In this document: positions 38,748 to 51,543 of the stretch, one piece after another
Layout: each line of letters begins with the position of its first letter
Position numbering within the stretch: position 1 is the first letter of the stretch
Origin: Podarcis filfolensis
Taxonomy: Eukaryota
Reading direction: 5' to 3' (one strand)
Assembly (NCBI GenBank): GCA_964270895.1
Contig: OZ185436.1
Length of the DNA: 64,000 bases
Position numbers and translations under genes: made by a program
The notes under the pieces: generated by a model
Databases searched by the model: none
What the model was told of the DNA's origin: nothing
What the model saw: only the letters and a program-made list of their open reading frames with translations

Positions 38748-38928
38748 GGAGTGCCAACTTGAATAAAATAATGGGGTGGAGTAGGGGCAGGTAAGCCCTT
38801 CCCATGACACAGTGCACACACATCATTTGAATGGCAGTATCCCTTAATTTTCTGCTGCCTGGCACCCTCAAATGTTATATTGGGGCGGGCAGAGCCCCCT
38901 CGGCCCCTAGGAGTTGGCTCCTGTACTA
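38748..38928 (+). mobile_element. Interspersed repeat, copy 2 (unclassified)
   Basis: Colinear similarity to 37195-37383. Confidence 0.6.
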
Positions 38929-41359
38929 GCAATGCTGCTATTTGCCCTCAGTAGGGCTGTAGAGCTTTCCGGGTTGTAACTGTCCTTTTACAAATGAATG
39001 TTGGGATTGTAAAATTATCTGCATGGCCCCACAGCCAGCCTTTGTGAAACTGAAAATAAAGTTGGCAGGAGCCCTCTAGGCAGACCAAGCGTAAATGCTA
39101 ACCTGTGCTCCTTATTTACTGCTACCTTTTCATTTGCTCATCATGAGAATCGTGTGGTGAATCTGTGTGGAATGAATGTCATTCACATAGTGCTGTCTGT
39201 TAAGGACTTGGGAGAGAAGTGTGTCTCCCCTGTGATGAATGACTTCATTGCTCCACTTTCGGTCAGGTCATTCCTTGCAAGTGACGTCTGGCAGCTATCT
39301 GTCTGTGACATAGTCTGTTTACCCAGCTATGGAAATATTTAAAACAAACTGTAATGACATTTTCTTCCTCCAGAAATACATCTGGAGAGAGCTTAGCTAT
39401 GTGGGCAGTAGGTGTAAACAAATATTTGGAGTCATCCCGACCTCTTTACTTTCCCTTTCCCCACCCCCTCTTTTTCTGCATGTTCATTCAGAGAAACAAC
39501 ATTTGAGTCCTCTCTACTGCATTGACTAAAAACGTGGAATCCTGAAAATCGCCCATTTTCCTTTGGGGTGATAGCTGAGTGATGTGCAGGTGGATAACCT
39601 GAGCCATCCAAGCTGTGTGTGAGCAGCCGCCTCTTGAGTTGTTACTTTTGCTTCTGTTCTTAGATGTATTTTATGTACCTCTGCTAAAGAGCACTTTAGG
39701 TATTCCTGTGAGGGGCTCTTTAAACCAGCCGTATGTGAATCTTCATTGAACTTACGCCAACACCACGTTCTGGTTTGATCTGCGTTATTAATTGCTTATC
39801 AAAAAGGAAAGAGGTGACAGCGCACAAAGCAGAAAGTGCAGAGCATAAAGCAAACAGCGGAGCCAGTGACCTTTCCAAGCCCACAGCCTCTCTCCCTCTC
39901 CCTCTCTCTAATGCCACATTGATCAGGACCTTAAGGGGAACTGTGCTAAATGATGAGGGCAGCAAGGTCCTTGGCCATCTGCTGTTTCCCAGACAAGAGC
40001 ACCGGAGGCTCAGATTATGCTGATCTGCATAATCCATTATTATTGCTGTGAGAATTCGAGAGTGTGGTGCGGCTAACTTGCCTGCCGTTTGAGGCTTTTT
40101 CTCTTATGTTGCAGTGGCAGGAGAGGCATGGGCTGTATCCTTGCAGCAGGACTGGGTCTGTGGCTTCCTGTTTGTAGGTGGGGGTGGGGGGCAGAGCGGC
40201 CATTTTGCCAGGGCCTCAATTTGGACCGGGGCGGGGGGGGGGGAGGATTTGATATGTTTTGCAACTTGTTTTTGTGCACATAAGACAAAAATGCAGCACA
40301 ATCTTTCAGCTCGGAGCCACGACTTGAAGCAAATAAGATATGACTTCATAAAATACATGCTTTTGCTTCAGTAATTAGTGTATTTGCACCAGAGAGGGAT
40401 AGAAAAGCATTCAGTCAATAATTAAAAATAAAATAGAATTGTGTGCTTTTCTTTTGTGTCTTGTTTTCCTGTGCTGTCATTTTTTTAAAAAAAAATATTT
40501 TTGGTTATGCCTAAGGGACTTAAAACCTGGAAGTGGGCTGGACCTGTGAGAAGGCCTGGTTGTTTGTGCAAGAACAATACCTCTTGGTTTGCTCAGCAGT
40601 GCATCCATTTTACATTCTGGCAAATGGGTCCGCTGCAGTATTTCGCTAGACAGTAGTATTCCCCTCCCCCCCGTTTCCTCCCTCCCCATTTAGAGAAGGT
40701 TTCTCAGCACAGAATGCAACCTTGCCAAGAAACATACAGTGCATGGGAATAGTTTAGAGATGATGTATCCAGGCTGAGGAAGCACTTGGATTCTTTCAGA
40801 GGGGAGCAGCTGAGAGGGAATTAGCCATCCAGAGAGAGAGTGGCTGCTTGTCGATCTCCCAGTGATAATACCGTAACTAAAATTAACCATGTCAAAGTCC
40901 AGCTGTCTAGCCAGCCTCTCCCTATAAATTGTTGTTTGGGTTGTGATAACTGCTGATAAAAGAGAAATGAAATAAGCTGACGCAACCCAGGCGACATAAG
41001 GGTTTGCTTTGGTGTACCTTAACAGGTGGGCAAATTGGGGTGATCCATTTGCTTCACTTCTGCTTGTTTGTGTAAATGGCAACTTGTGTTCTGCCTGGCT
41101 GCTCAAACGGCGAGTGTGTTTTGTGTGAGAAGCATATAACCCTAAATGCTGACCACTGCAGGTATTGTGTGGACTTTGAAACCGCTAATTCCGAAGGGAC
41201 TCAGTGTTTTGCAACGAGGTGTTTTGCTTGCTGATACTTTCTCTTAGGAGATGTGTCCTCGTTTCAAACTGGTGATTGCTAACTTGGGGAAATACCTCAG
41301 CCAGGGCCTGCCTTTGGTCTCGAGCATTCTGTGTGAGGCAAGTGGGTAGATGATGATGA

Positions 41360-41480
41360 TGATAACAATAATAACAATAATTTATTTATACCCCGCCCAT
41401 CTGGCTGGGTTTCCCCATGCACTCAGGGCAGCTCCCAACAGAATTTAAAGCACAATAAAACATCAAACATTAAAAACCTC
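41360..41480 (-). mobile_element. L2 3' end fragment
   Basis: ataccccgcccatctggctgggtttcccc...gcagctcccaac...acatcaaacattaaaa matches 15751-15831. Confidence 0.75.
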
Positions 41481-43214
41481 CCTTAACAACAACAACAATC
41501 ATATACCGCCCTTCATCATAAGATATTAGTTCGCAGAATATAATACAAGATAAAAACACAAGTAAACAAAACAGAACAACCAAACAATACCCCGCCCCCC
41601 AAGCTTCCAAGTCTGCTGCTGCCCCAGCCACTCAAATGAGCACTTTGTGGTCCCATGCCAGGAACCAGGAGCAACCAGCACCCATTATTCTCAACCATTC
41701 TCAGAAGTATATGAGTCCCCACCCCAGCACTTTGGGCCAGACTTCCCCCACCTGATGACCTACATATTCCCCCATCTGTGACCAGCAGCCATGCCAGATG
41801 GGGCTGAGGGGCTTTTCAGTTGGACACCTGGAGAGTGTCAGGTTGTTGGAGGCTGCTTGTGGCTCTTATTGATCCTAAACGAGGGATGGGGCAGGGGGGA
41901 TTCTTTCTGCATAAGGTCTGACTGAGCAGAAGCCCAAGGCTGCCCTTGCCACCACTAGCCAGAAGCACAGAGGATCAGATGTTGAATGATTTTCTAGCTA
42001 ACAGGAGGTGCTTCTGGGCCTCTTAATGCAACCTCACTTCACTCGAGATGGGTTTTGAGAATGTGCTCTTGCATGTTTTCATCCACAGCTATTCTCTGGA
42101 GGGTGGGGAAGAAACTCAGACTTAGCCTACAAAAAGTGTTCATTTCAAAAAATCCCAACATGGGCAGTGTAACACTGATTTATTTATTTTTTTAACCAGC
42201 AGCTTCAGATGGTGGCAAATTTACATAGCTCCCCCAAAATCCTAACCCAGTGTTATGATTAGAAAGTGCATTGTGCGTTAATTACTTTAATGAGTGAAAT
42301 AAGAACGCTTCGGGCAATTATAGCTTAATAGGCTTGTGCTAATTAGAAATTAATTTCAACAACTAGCAGGCAAATCCTTTCTCTGTTTTAAACCTGTGCT
42401 TTTCATTCTACTCCCTGGATACTGAAGCAAAGTCTGACAAAGGAGCTTGTAATTTAACACAAGCCGTCTGGAGACTCGCAAGGCAGGACCCAGCAATTGC
42501 CTGTTGCAAATCCTCCCTTCAGCTAATGAAGTTTTTACTAGCTTATAAACCTCACATAAAAATGGCATGGAAACGGCAACTATGCTCTAAAACTCACTGA
42601 TGCACTAAGGAAGTATAAACTGTCGTGGGAGGGGAGGGTATCTACTGCTAGGCAGGCTATTTCTCTTCGTGTGGAAAAAGGCAAGGGGAATGACATTTCT
42701 TTAAATCCTTCCCAGGTGTTCTGATAAAATAGCTTTTGTAGGACTGTCATACCTGATAGAAACCTCTCTCTTTACAAGGAGACTGCTCATAAAAGCCAAA
42801 ATACTGAGATCTAAATTCAGAACTATCAAATCAGAGTGGTTTGGGATTTTTGACTTTTTGCCGGGATAGGGGCTGGTTGTCTTTTTGTGTCTGTTTTGTC
42901 TTTGCTTAAATGAAACACTTCCCTCAGATTTGTTTGGCGGAAGTAAGCTTCAAGCAGCTATTCTATTTTCATTTGATATAAATACCATCAAAGTGTTTGA
43001 GGCTTCTGTGTTTTTGCGGACCAAGTATCCAGTTTCCATGTGTTCAGTAGAGATTAATAAACTAGTTTCTAAATGCTATGGTCTCTCAGGACAGCCTGAT
43101 AAAGTGTGGTCTCTCAATGCTTTCTGGGATTCTACTCCCCTCTCCGCCTTTTTCTTTGAAGCATCAGGATATCCTAAAAACAACCCCAAAACAACCACCA
43201 TGCAAGGCATTTAT

Positions 43215-43300
43215 AATGTTTTATTATGTTTTTATGTGTGTTGGAAGCCGCCCAGAGTGGCTGGGGCAACCCAGTCATATGGTGGGGTACAAATAAATTA
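43215..43300 (+). mobile_element. L2 3' end fragment, opposite orientation
   Basis: gttggaagccgcccagagtggctggggcaacccagtcatatggtggggtacaaataaatt is the reverse complement of the 15751-15800 segment. Confidence 0.75.
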
Positions 43301-45428
43301 TTTTCTGATTTAAGCTGCAAATACCAGCCCTTTCTGAGGAATCTAAGAAATGCACTTGAATTCCTTATAGGTTAAATAGCATTGCAGTATGCACTGGGCA
43401 ATTTTAATCAGAAATTTCTCATTAGACATTGCCTTCATCCAGATGAACCCCCAGCCCAAATGCTTACCTCTTCATATTAATTTTGTGATGTGAATTCAAT
43501 AATCTCCCAAACTTCTAAACTGAAAAAACTACAGTAATTAGAGAAGCAATTGAAGGAGTTGTCAGATACAGGAAATAATCAGAATCAGCTTTTGAATTAT
43601 GAAATTATGAGGGAGAATTCCTGGGGCCACTTAACAGAAGGTGATCTGGGCTTGGGAAGAAGGGGGAGTTGACTCTTCCATCACACTAGTACTGCCATAA
43701 GGCTCAACAAGGCCTGGTGACATTCTTTTGCTGCTGTAAGTATCAGGCCAGTAGAGAAGTGAAGGCCTTGCCTGGCTCTCGTGAACCAATAGTATTGTTT
43801 TAAAAATAGGTTAAAATATGATCAAATGATCCCAGTGGACAACTTGTAGCATGGTAGTTAGTGCCCACTGTGCATTGTACAGCATTAATAAGAAGTTATG
43901 AGGTCAAGTAAAAAAAACCTTGGTGTGAACATTATGCAGTTCAGCACCTAAAGGAAATGAGAATGTTATTACGTAAAAGTTGGGAATCTACATTTATTTC
44001 CAATCTGTTGCTTGCAATTGGCCTTTAAACATACAGGCTATCTTTCCCCCGTTGTTGTGCTTCATTCTTCAACCTTGGAGAGGTTTTTCCCCTTGCATGA
44101 TTAAATTCCACTGGGTTTCTATGCGAATTGGCAACACATCAAATGCCAAAAGCTCGATAAGGAAAAAATTGTGCTGCTGAACAATGTTGCTAGTGATTCC
44201 ATTATGACTTAACCCATATCTATATTGTTAAAATGCACACACATACGCATCTAATATATAAATCATGAACATATAAATGTGGATGTGCAGCTGTTTTTAT
44301 TCCCTCTGAATTTTTAGATAGCAAACTTTGAAATTGAGTAAAAATATGCTGTAGGAAAGAACTACTCGATATTTAGAATGTAGTTTTGACCCGGATCATG
44401 ACTTTATTGTAACAACACATTCTATACCAATTATGAAGATGATAATTAGAGTCAAAGAAATAATTTATGATTCATTCATCAGCACCCTCTAGTATAGAAG
44501 TAGCCAAAGTGGTGTTCTACAGATATTTTTGAACCCAAGCTCCCATCATCTGACCATTAGTCTTGCAGGCTGAGGTTGCCCAGAGTCTAGTAGTTAGTAG
44601 CAGGCACCATGGGTTGTTGTGAGGCCAAAACTACTAAAACAGTTTGGTAAACGTAAAATGCTATTGCAAAAAAAGTAGGAGAATGCAGAGAATGGTACAA
44701 ATGAGAAATAATATTTTCCCATAGTTCCAGAAATTTATAGGGTCCTTGTTAACAGCTCTGAGTGGCACCTTTAAGATGCAACTGTATGCTTCAATCCTGT
44801 CCATAACCGGAAGCAGTCCCCATGCATTTCAGTAGGGATTACTTCTGTGCAGGGCAGGCTCACCCATGAGGCATGGTGAGGCAACTGCCTCTGACAAGCA
44901 GGATCTACAAGGACAGCAGATCAGCCTCCAAGGAATGCATTGTCCACTGCAGCTGCCACAGTGGCAGCAACAGCTGTGGTGTGGTGTGCACACCTTGGAG
45001 GCTGGATCTGCCACATCCTTGGAAGCCGCCCCCCGCCCTCAGCATGTCACTTCCTACAATGGCCTCTTGGCAAATGGGAAGTGCTGCTAGTCTCCTTTTA
45101 CCCCCAGGGAGGAAATAAAGAGTTCTCTGGGGTCTCCTGGGGTCTGCACCCACCCCACAAAAGCCTTTGATTCCCACTTCAGCCATTGGGTAAGGTTGAT
45201 TTGATTCCCACCCCCTTGTTCCAAATGTGGGTCTTTATTCCTCCTTGTCCCTGATTTTCACTCGCCCCTTCTTCCCTGGAGGATGGGGGACGCCATTTTG
45301 TGGTTGGCCTCAGGTGCCCAAATGTCTTGAGTTGGCCCTGCTTCTGTGTAATGCACAGTTTCTTTGGCAGGAACCCACACAAAAATTGTGACAACAGTTC
45401 TTAACCAAGGTAAGGCTTTCAGTTAGGT

Positions 45429-45650
45429 TGTTGTTGTTTAGTCGTTTAGTCGTGTCCGACTCTTCGTGACCCCATGGACCAGAGCACGCCAGGCACTCCT
45501 GCCTTCCACTGCCTCCCGCAGTTTGGTCAAACTCATGCTGGTAGCTTCGAGAACACTGTCTAACCATCTCGTCCTCTGTCGTCCCCTTCTCCTTGTGCCC
45601 TCAATCTTTCCCATCAGGGTCTTTTCCAGGGAGTCTTCTCTTCTCATGAG
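45429..45650 (-). mobile_element. RTE Bov-B LINE 3' fragment with (CAA)n tail
   Basis: Minus-strand ORF MRREDSLEKTLMGKIEGTRRRGRQRTRWLDSV...AWRALVHGVTKSRTRLN matches the Bov-B ORF C-terminus. 11-bp TSD ttcagttaggt (45418-45428, 45660-45670). Confidence 0.92.
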
Positions 45651-48038
45651 GTTAGGTACTTCAGTTAGGTACTAAGTACTTAATGCAACTGCAGTATATG
45701 TGTCCACTGTTTCTTTGCAAAGAAGAGGATAGGCAGAGAACCGAAATCTTCTAAAATACAAATTTAATCTGCTGTGAATAAAATGCATCTAGATAGCAAC
45801 AGGCTGCATTACACAGAAACTGGTTTTATGTTTATTTTGAAGTCCAGAATAACAATGTTCTTCACTAACCAGCTGCTAATAATAATTCAGAAATACTGGT
45901 TTTAAAAAATCACACCCAAATGTGTGCTATGTGTGTCCATGTGCATACTTAAAATTTATATTTTGGATGTGATCCAGTGATGTATAAGAACGCACATTTA
46001 TATCTCTAAGTTGTGAATTCTGAAAAAAATACATAATGTGCTTTCCCGAATGCAAAAACATGCCAGAAATGCTCAAGCTTCAAGGCTGGTTTCTAAAGAG
46101 ATAGGATTCTTTTAAATCTCTCTCTCCCTCCCTTTCCCCTAAGCCTCTGGGTCTGAGGCACCATGACCCTCTCTTCTAGAATTGTCAATATTGGTTATCT
46201 GAAGTAATTCCAAGAAAGAACACATTCTCTGAACTAGTGAGTACATCTCTTTTGAGCATTTTTGTAGTGCTAGGTCATCCAGTCTTCTGCAAAACCCTGT
46301 AGATATATTAAACTGTATATAGAAATGGAAGAATAATGTGCTTACTTCTTCATTTGATTATTTGTTAAATGTTGGAAATGTTTTAAATATGCCCATTTAC
46401 AGCTTATTATGTTCGCTGTTAATGTACCATAAAAAATGGGCGCAGAACCCGTGTGCTCATTCAGTGGTCTGTTTTTGTTGCCGAGTTCCTCAGGCATAGG
46501 ATTACTGGGATGAACCATGAGTGGCACCATCTTGGGCTCATTCTGCACCACTGTAGCACCCCTAGACTCCCCTGTCGTTGAGTGCAATTCACTGGGGCGG
46601 CCCCTCATTTTTCCTGAGTTCCCAGCCATGGAAGCAGGAGGTGGTGAAAGCAAGCCTGGCTAAGGTGAGCTGTGCGTAACGATTTATCCATGACTTGGCA
46701 GAGAGCATCCTGCGCCACATGCACCACAAATTGCACAACTAGCGTGGGCTGTGGTGGTACAACTAGACAGTTGTTGGCACAGACTCAGGCCCACAATCTG
46801 GTCTGTCTGTCCAAGCTGCACCACTACCTGCTTGGTGCAATCCACAAGGGTCCCTATATTTCGTTTTGGAGTAACTACAATTTTAGGCCTGAGCTGTGGC
46901 ATGCTGGATAACATGCCACCCCCAATCTCCAGGGGGTTCCAAGAGCGCTTTACCTAGGGTCTGTTTCCTTTTGGAAAATAAGGCACAGTGGAGACTGTAG
47001 AGTCTTTCTGATACATGGTTTTTTTACACACATATACAACCTGAGTCTACGATGGTGGGGTTCACAGCATTAACACTCCCAAGAGGTTCTTGCTTCTTCT
47101 TGGATCCAAACAGAAATCAGCCATTGCTTTCTGAATCTCTTTTCAAGCTTGCTGTGTTTTAAAGATTGCTACTATTTTCCTCCAGCCCACATCATTCCGA
47201 ACTGTAATCCTAAAACTCTCCACTCTGCTTTGTCTCTCATTGTTCAGAGAGGGGCTCCATCCATTTGCTGGCTGGCAAAAAGACTTTGCTGATGGCCCAC
47301 CTTCCCTGTATTTGTTGTCTGTTGATAGCCTGTCTCTCAGGCGATCTCGTAAACATCGGAAACTGATTTGGCCTGTATTTTAACACTTTGCTAAATCCAG
47401 TGTCTGGCAGGCAATGTTAACACCCCAAACGTAATTACATTACCTATCAGACCCAGTAATGTAGGGGAATCTGGCACCACAAACCCTGGCATCTGCAACT
47501 CATAACAATATTGTTGCTAATCACTTTTAGATGTTCCAAAGGAAGTGGTTCACAAATGGAATAAAATAAATAATGAGACCACAACTCCTAACTGCTCAGG
47601 TTTCATGAAGCACTTTTTCTGAGAACTGTGAAAGAAGGGGAGGGGAGGACAAGCTTTTTACAAAAAAAATAAATAAAAATAAAAGAAAAGAAAAACCAGT
47701 TACTTTTCATCCCACCCATGTTACTTGTGGTGTCTAGCCTGTTACAAGGCATAGTCCTGAAGACTAGGTTTATACTGGAAAAGATACCGGTAGATATCTT
47801 AAAGCACCCATGCAAATCCATTGTTACTTAAGTTATATTTCATAGTAAATTGTTCCTAGGTGTGATGATACAGTATGCCAAAGGCCCATGTACATGCAAA
47901 GAGAGCTTTGTGGCTGGCACTGCAGTGGCACTACTGTACCTGACTTTCCCCTGATTATTATAGAGGCAATGTAAATTGACTAGTAAGGGGCCCTGGGCAT
48001 GGAGTCCAGCTCACTAGCTTTAAAATTATTCAGGTTTA

Positions 48039-48397
48039 AAGGTAAAGGTAAAGAGACCCCTGACCATTAGGTCCAGTCGTGGCGGACTCTGGGGTTGCGG
48101 TGCTCATCTCGCTTTATTGGCCAAGGGAGCTGGCGTACAGCTTCTGGGTCATGTGGGCAGCATGACTAAGCAGCTTCTGGCAAACCAGAGCAGTGCACGG
48201 AAATGCCGTTTACCTTCCCGCCGAAGCGGTACCTATTTATCTACTTGCACTTTGAGGTGCTTTCGAACTGCTAGGTTGGCAGGAGCAGAGACCGAGCAAA
48301 GGGAGCTCACCCCATTGCGGGGATTTGAACCGCCGACCTTCTGATTGGCAAGTCCTAGGCTCCGTGGTTTTACCCACAGCGCCACCCGCGTCTCTCG
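48039..48397 (-). mobile_element. Full-length Sauria SINE
   Basis: tRNA-related head (revcomp ...gcgggtggcgctgtgggtaaaaccacggagcctagg...ggcggttcaaatccc), ~360 bp body and (ACCTTT)n tail. 10-bp TSD ttcaggttta (48029-48038, 48398-48407). Confidence 0.93.
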
Positions 48398-50245
48398 TTC
48401 AGGTTTACTAGTGTTCAAATCTGGTACAGCAGACGAAAGAAAAAAGGGTTGGTCATTATACATTATATGTAAAGAAAGTTTATGTACACAACAAGGCACC
48501 TGTACATCAGTTGGTCAGCCAATGCTCAGCTAAATGTGATATCTTTATCAGATGATGATACAGAATTTCTATATTGAAATATCAATTTGTGATAGGTCCT
48601 TCACACATGTGGTCAGTGAATATTGATCATCCGTGTTGTGGCTTTTGCTTTGCTAATATAGCATGCAAATCACCCACATATTGGCAATAGAGATTCTGGC
48701 TGGTGGCTAGTCTTATAAAATAACACCACTCCAATCCTATCTATGCTTGATAATTGCCTTTCTCAAATTTCAAAGTGTCCATAATTTTTATCTTGTCAGA
48801 TCCAGTAGAAGTTCTATCAACCCCAGGGTGACTCCTTACCCACCAGGTATTATTGGACTACAGCCCACAACATCCTTGATCAATGACCAATGAGCTGGAG
48901 TTCAATGACATGGCAGCCCATAGGTTAGTCACCCTGAATTTTGCTGAAATTGCATTCTGTTGCCTATCGAAGCACAGCTCACTCCTGGGGTCAGATCTTG
49001 TTCTCATAATGGCTGGTTTTATTTCATACAAGAAGGCTAGGAATTTACTGCTTAATGAACCTCTCTGTTCACTGGTCTTATCATAGGTTTTTCCATGAAT
49101 TCAATCAACATGACTGGTTTTAATATATAAACATGTGCTTTCCAAGAATTGTGATAACCTTTTAATTAGTATTTAGTTGTGTGTGTCTGTTGGACTGACA
49201 TAAAGTGTAGCCCAGCCACAAATGAAATAGATTCTGCGTAGCAACATCTGCATACTGCTGGTGTACTATAGCATGGCTTAGAATAGATACATCTGCTTCA
49301 CATGGAGTTTGTTCCTCACTTCCAGAGGTTTCTAGGGGATGGTGGTGGTGGTGCAATAAGGCTTCATGCGATGTGAGAATTCATGAGGCAAGTTGTTCCA
49401 CTCCCTCCCCACACTGCACAGAAAGATTAGCAGAGTGGGGAGACCTTTGGGAAGAGATGAAGCAATATAATCTGGCTCCCAATGGCTGCTGGTTATTAAA
49501 TGTGCTAATAGGAATGGCTGGGTGGAGGCTTTTAAAGCAGTAATAGTGAACCTGCAGCTCTCTCATCTTACCCAAGCCATCATGGCCAATAATCAGGGAA
49601 GATGTGAGTTTTAGGGCACAGTGAGCACATTGGCAAAAACGACTTCTTTCCCCAAATAATAAAAGAACCATGGAGCCCACTGCCCTATCAAGGGCTAATT
49701 ATTGAATATTTATTTAGCATGGCAAAGGTGCATTAGTTGCTGTACTCAAAATGGAGCTGACAGATTGCCTCATAATTTAAGCGGCCTTCAAGTTGCTTTC
49801 CATGGGAACTGCAAAATTCAGGACCCAACTCCTCCAAAGAGTGGGATGAAAGAGCAGGGCTTGGGATGCCCTTTCTTCCAGCAAGCAGCCTCCCTTCCAT
49901 CTCTAAACAAGCTGAGCCTGGTGGAAAATGGAACCGAAGAAGTACTGATGAGCTTATTTGTTGTCCTTAGTTTACAGCTAAGAAGTCTTTTTTTTTCCTT
50001 TTCCCTTTTTTTTTTTTTTGGTAAGAGGATTTGAACTTAAATAAAAGTAAAAGTTCAGTAGCAGCCTCAGCTGTGCAAGGAAATGAAGCGTAGGAAGGGG
50101 GAGCGGAAAGGAATACACAGGTCATGCTTGCCTGGAGTAGCTTGCTGGACTCTGGCTTGTTGTTGCTGAGGGTGTGGCCTTTTAGGATCATTGACACATG
50201 GATTGGATGAAGATTCTGCCTTGCCTCAAACAGAGGCTTCAATTT

Positions 50246-50410
50246 AGGGCTGCAGCTTACTGATAGGGCATCTGCAGGGTATTCTGAAGGTCCTTGGTTC
50301 AGTTCCTGGCATCTCCAAGTAGGACTCAAGAGAGCGTTGAGAGCTGCTTCTAGTCAGTGTAGACAAAACTGAGATAGATGGATTAACGGCTTGACTAGCT
50401 TTCCTCTGTC
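50246..50410 (+). mobile_element. tRNA-derived SINE with L2-like tail
   Basis: agggctgcagcttactgatagggcatctgc...gaaggtccttggttcagttcctggcatctcca...gctgcttctagtcagtgtagacaaaactgagatagatgga. Confidence 0.7.
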
Positions 50411-51407
50411 ATTACCTAATGAGCATATTATTAAAATGTATGGATAATTCTTATTTCAAAAATATGTTTTGTTTGTTTGTTTAATGACTGCAGCTCCAGT
50501 CAAAATATTCTAAAGATCGGACAATGCTCATGACCTGTATTCCAGAAAACCTGTTGTTTTTCATCATCATCATCAACCTTTTATTCGACCGTCAGTCAGA
50601 AAACTGTTGTTTTTCAAAACTAGCCCTGACAAAGTGCCAAAATGCAGATAAGAGGGCCAAGTACATGGAATTTGTTTTAAAAGGGGAAGGTTGAAGGCAG
50701 CTTTTTGTATTTTATACTTGTTTTTAGAACAGGAATGCAGTTCAGTTATTATGTCTGGTTCATCTACCAGGGTGCAAGTCTTTGGCTTTTTAGACATACC
50801 ATGCTAGGCAGAAGGAACAGCTCACATGTTGTGACATTAGCCCCGTACTATTAGTGTTTGGCTTAAATGCTCTCTCAGCAGGCTTCTCTCAAACCATTCC
50901 ATCTGGTTTTAGATAAAGAATCAACAAGAAGTCTTTTCCTGGAATGAGTCAGCTCTTCAGTTTGCATCTCCACACACCCTCCTCTCAAAGCCTAGTTAAG
51001 TCTTGAGAAACCACTCCTCTTATTGCAGCATAATGTTTGAATTTGTAGCATGCTTTACAAATATTTCAATGATCACTAACTGTGCTTTAGCTGACCTGAT
51101 TGATTTTTCTGGGAGGGACTCCAAAATATTCTAAAAGGAAATTTAGAATTCAAAAGGAAATATTCTAATAAAAATAGCCCCTCCGCTTATATCCTCTTCC
51201 ACTAAAGACTTGCAAGGTATTTTTATTCGTTAAATGTGTTTATATCCCACCCTTCCTGCAAAGCAGACAGTGGTGGCCAACACATCGATACTAAAACAAT
51301 ACAGTTGAAACTTCTAAAAAGAGTTAAACTCATAATAGCAATCGCCTACTGTCATTAACTCATCATTTCAGGGTGACCAGGGTCTTTCAGCCATCAAACC
51401 CCAAGGC

Positions 51408-51543
51408 CAGGCATAGGCAAACTCGGCCCTCCAGATGTTTTGGGACTACAACTCCCATCATCCCTGACCACTGGTCCCGTTAGCTAGGGATGATGGGAGT
51501 TGTAGTCCCAAAACATCTGGAGGGCCAAGTTTGCCTATGCCTG
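51408..51543. mobile_element. Palindromic hAT-like MITE (136 bp), second subfamily
   Basis: TIR caggcataggcaaact / agtttgcctatgcctg and an interior nearly identical to 27025-27160. TSD is poorly preserved. Confidence 0.88.
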
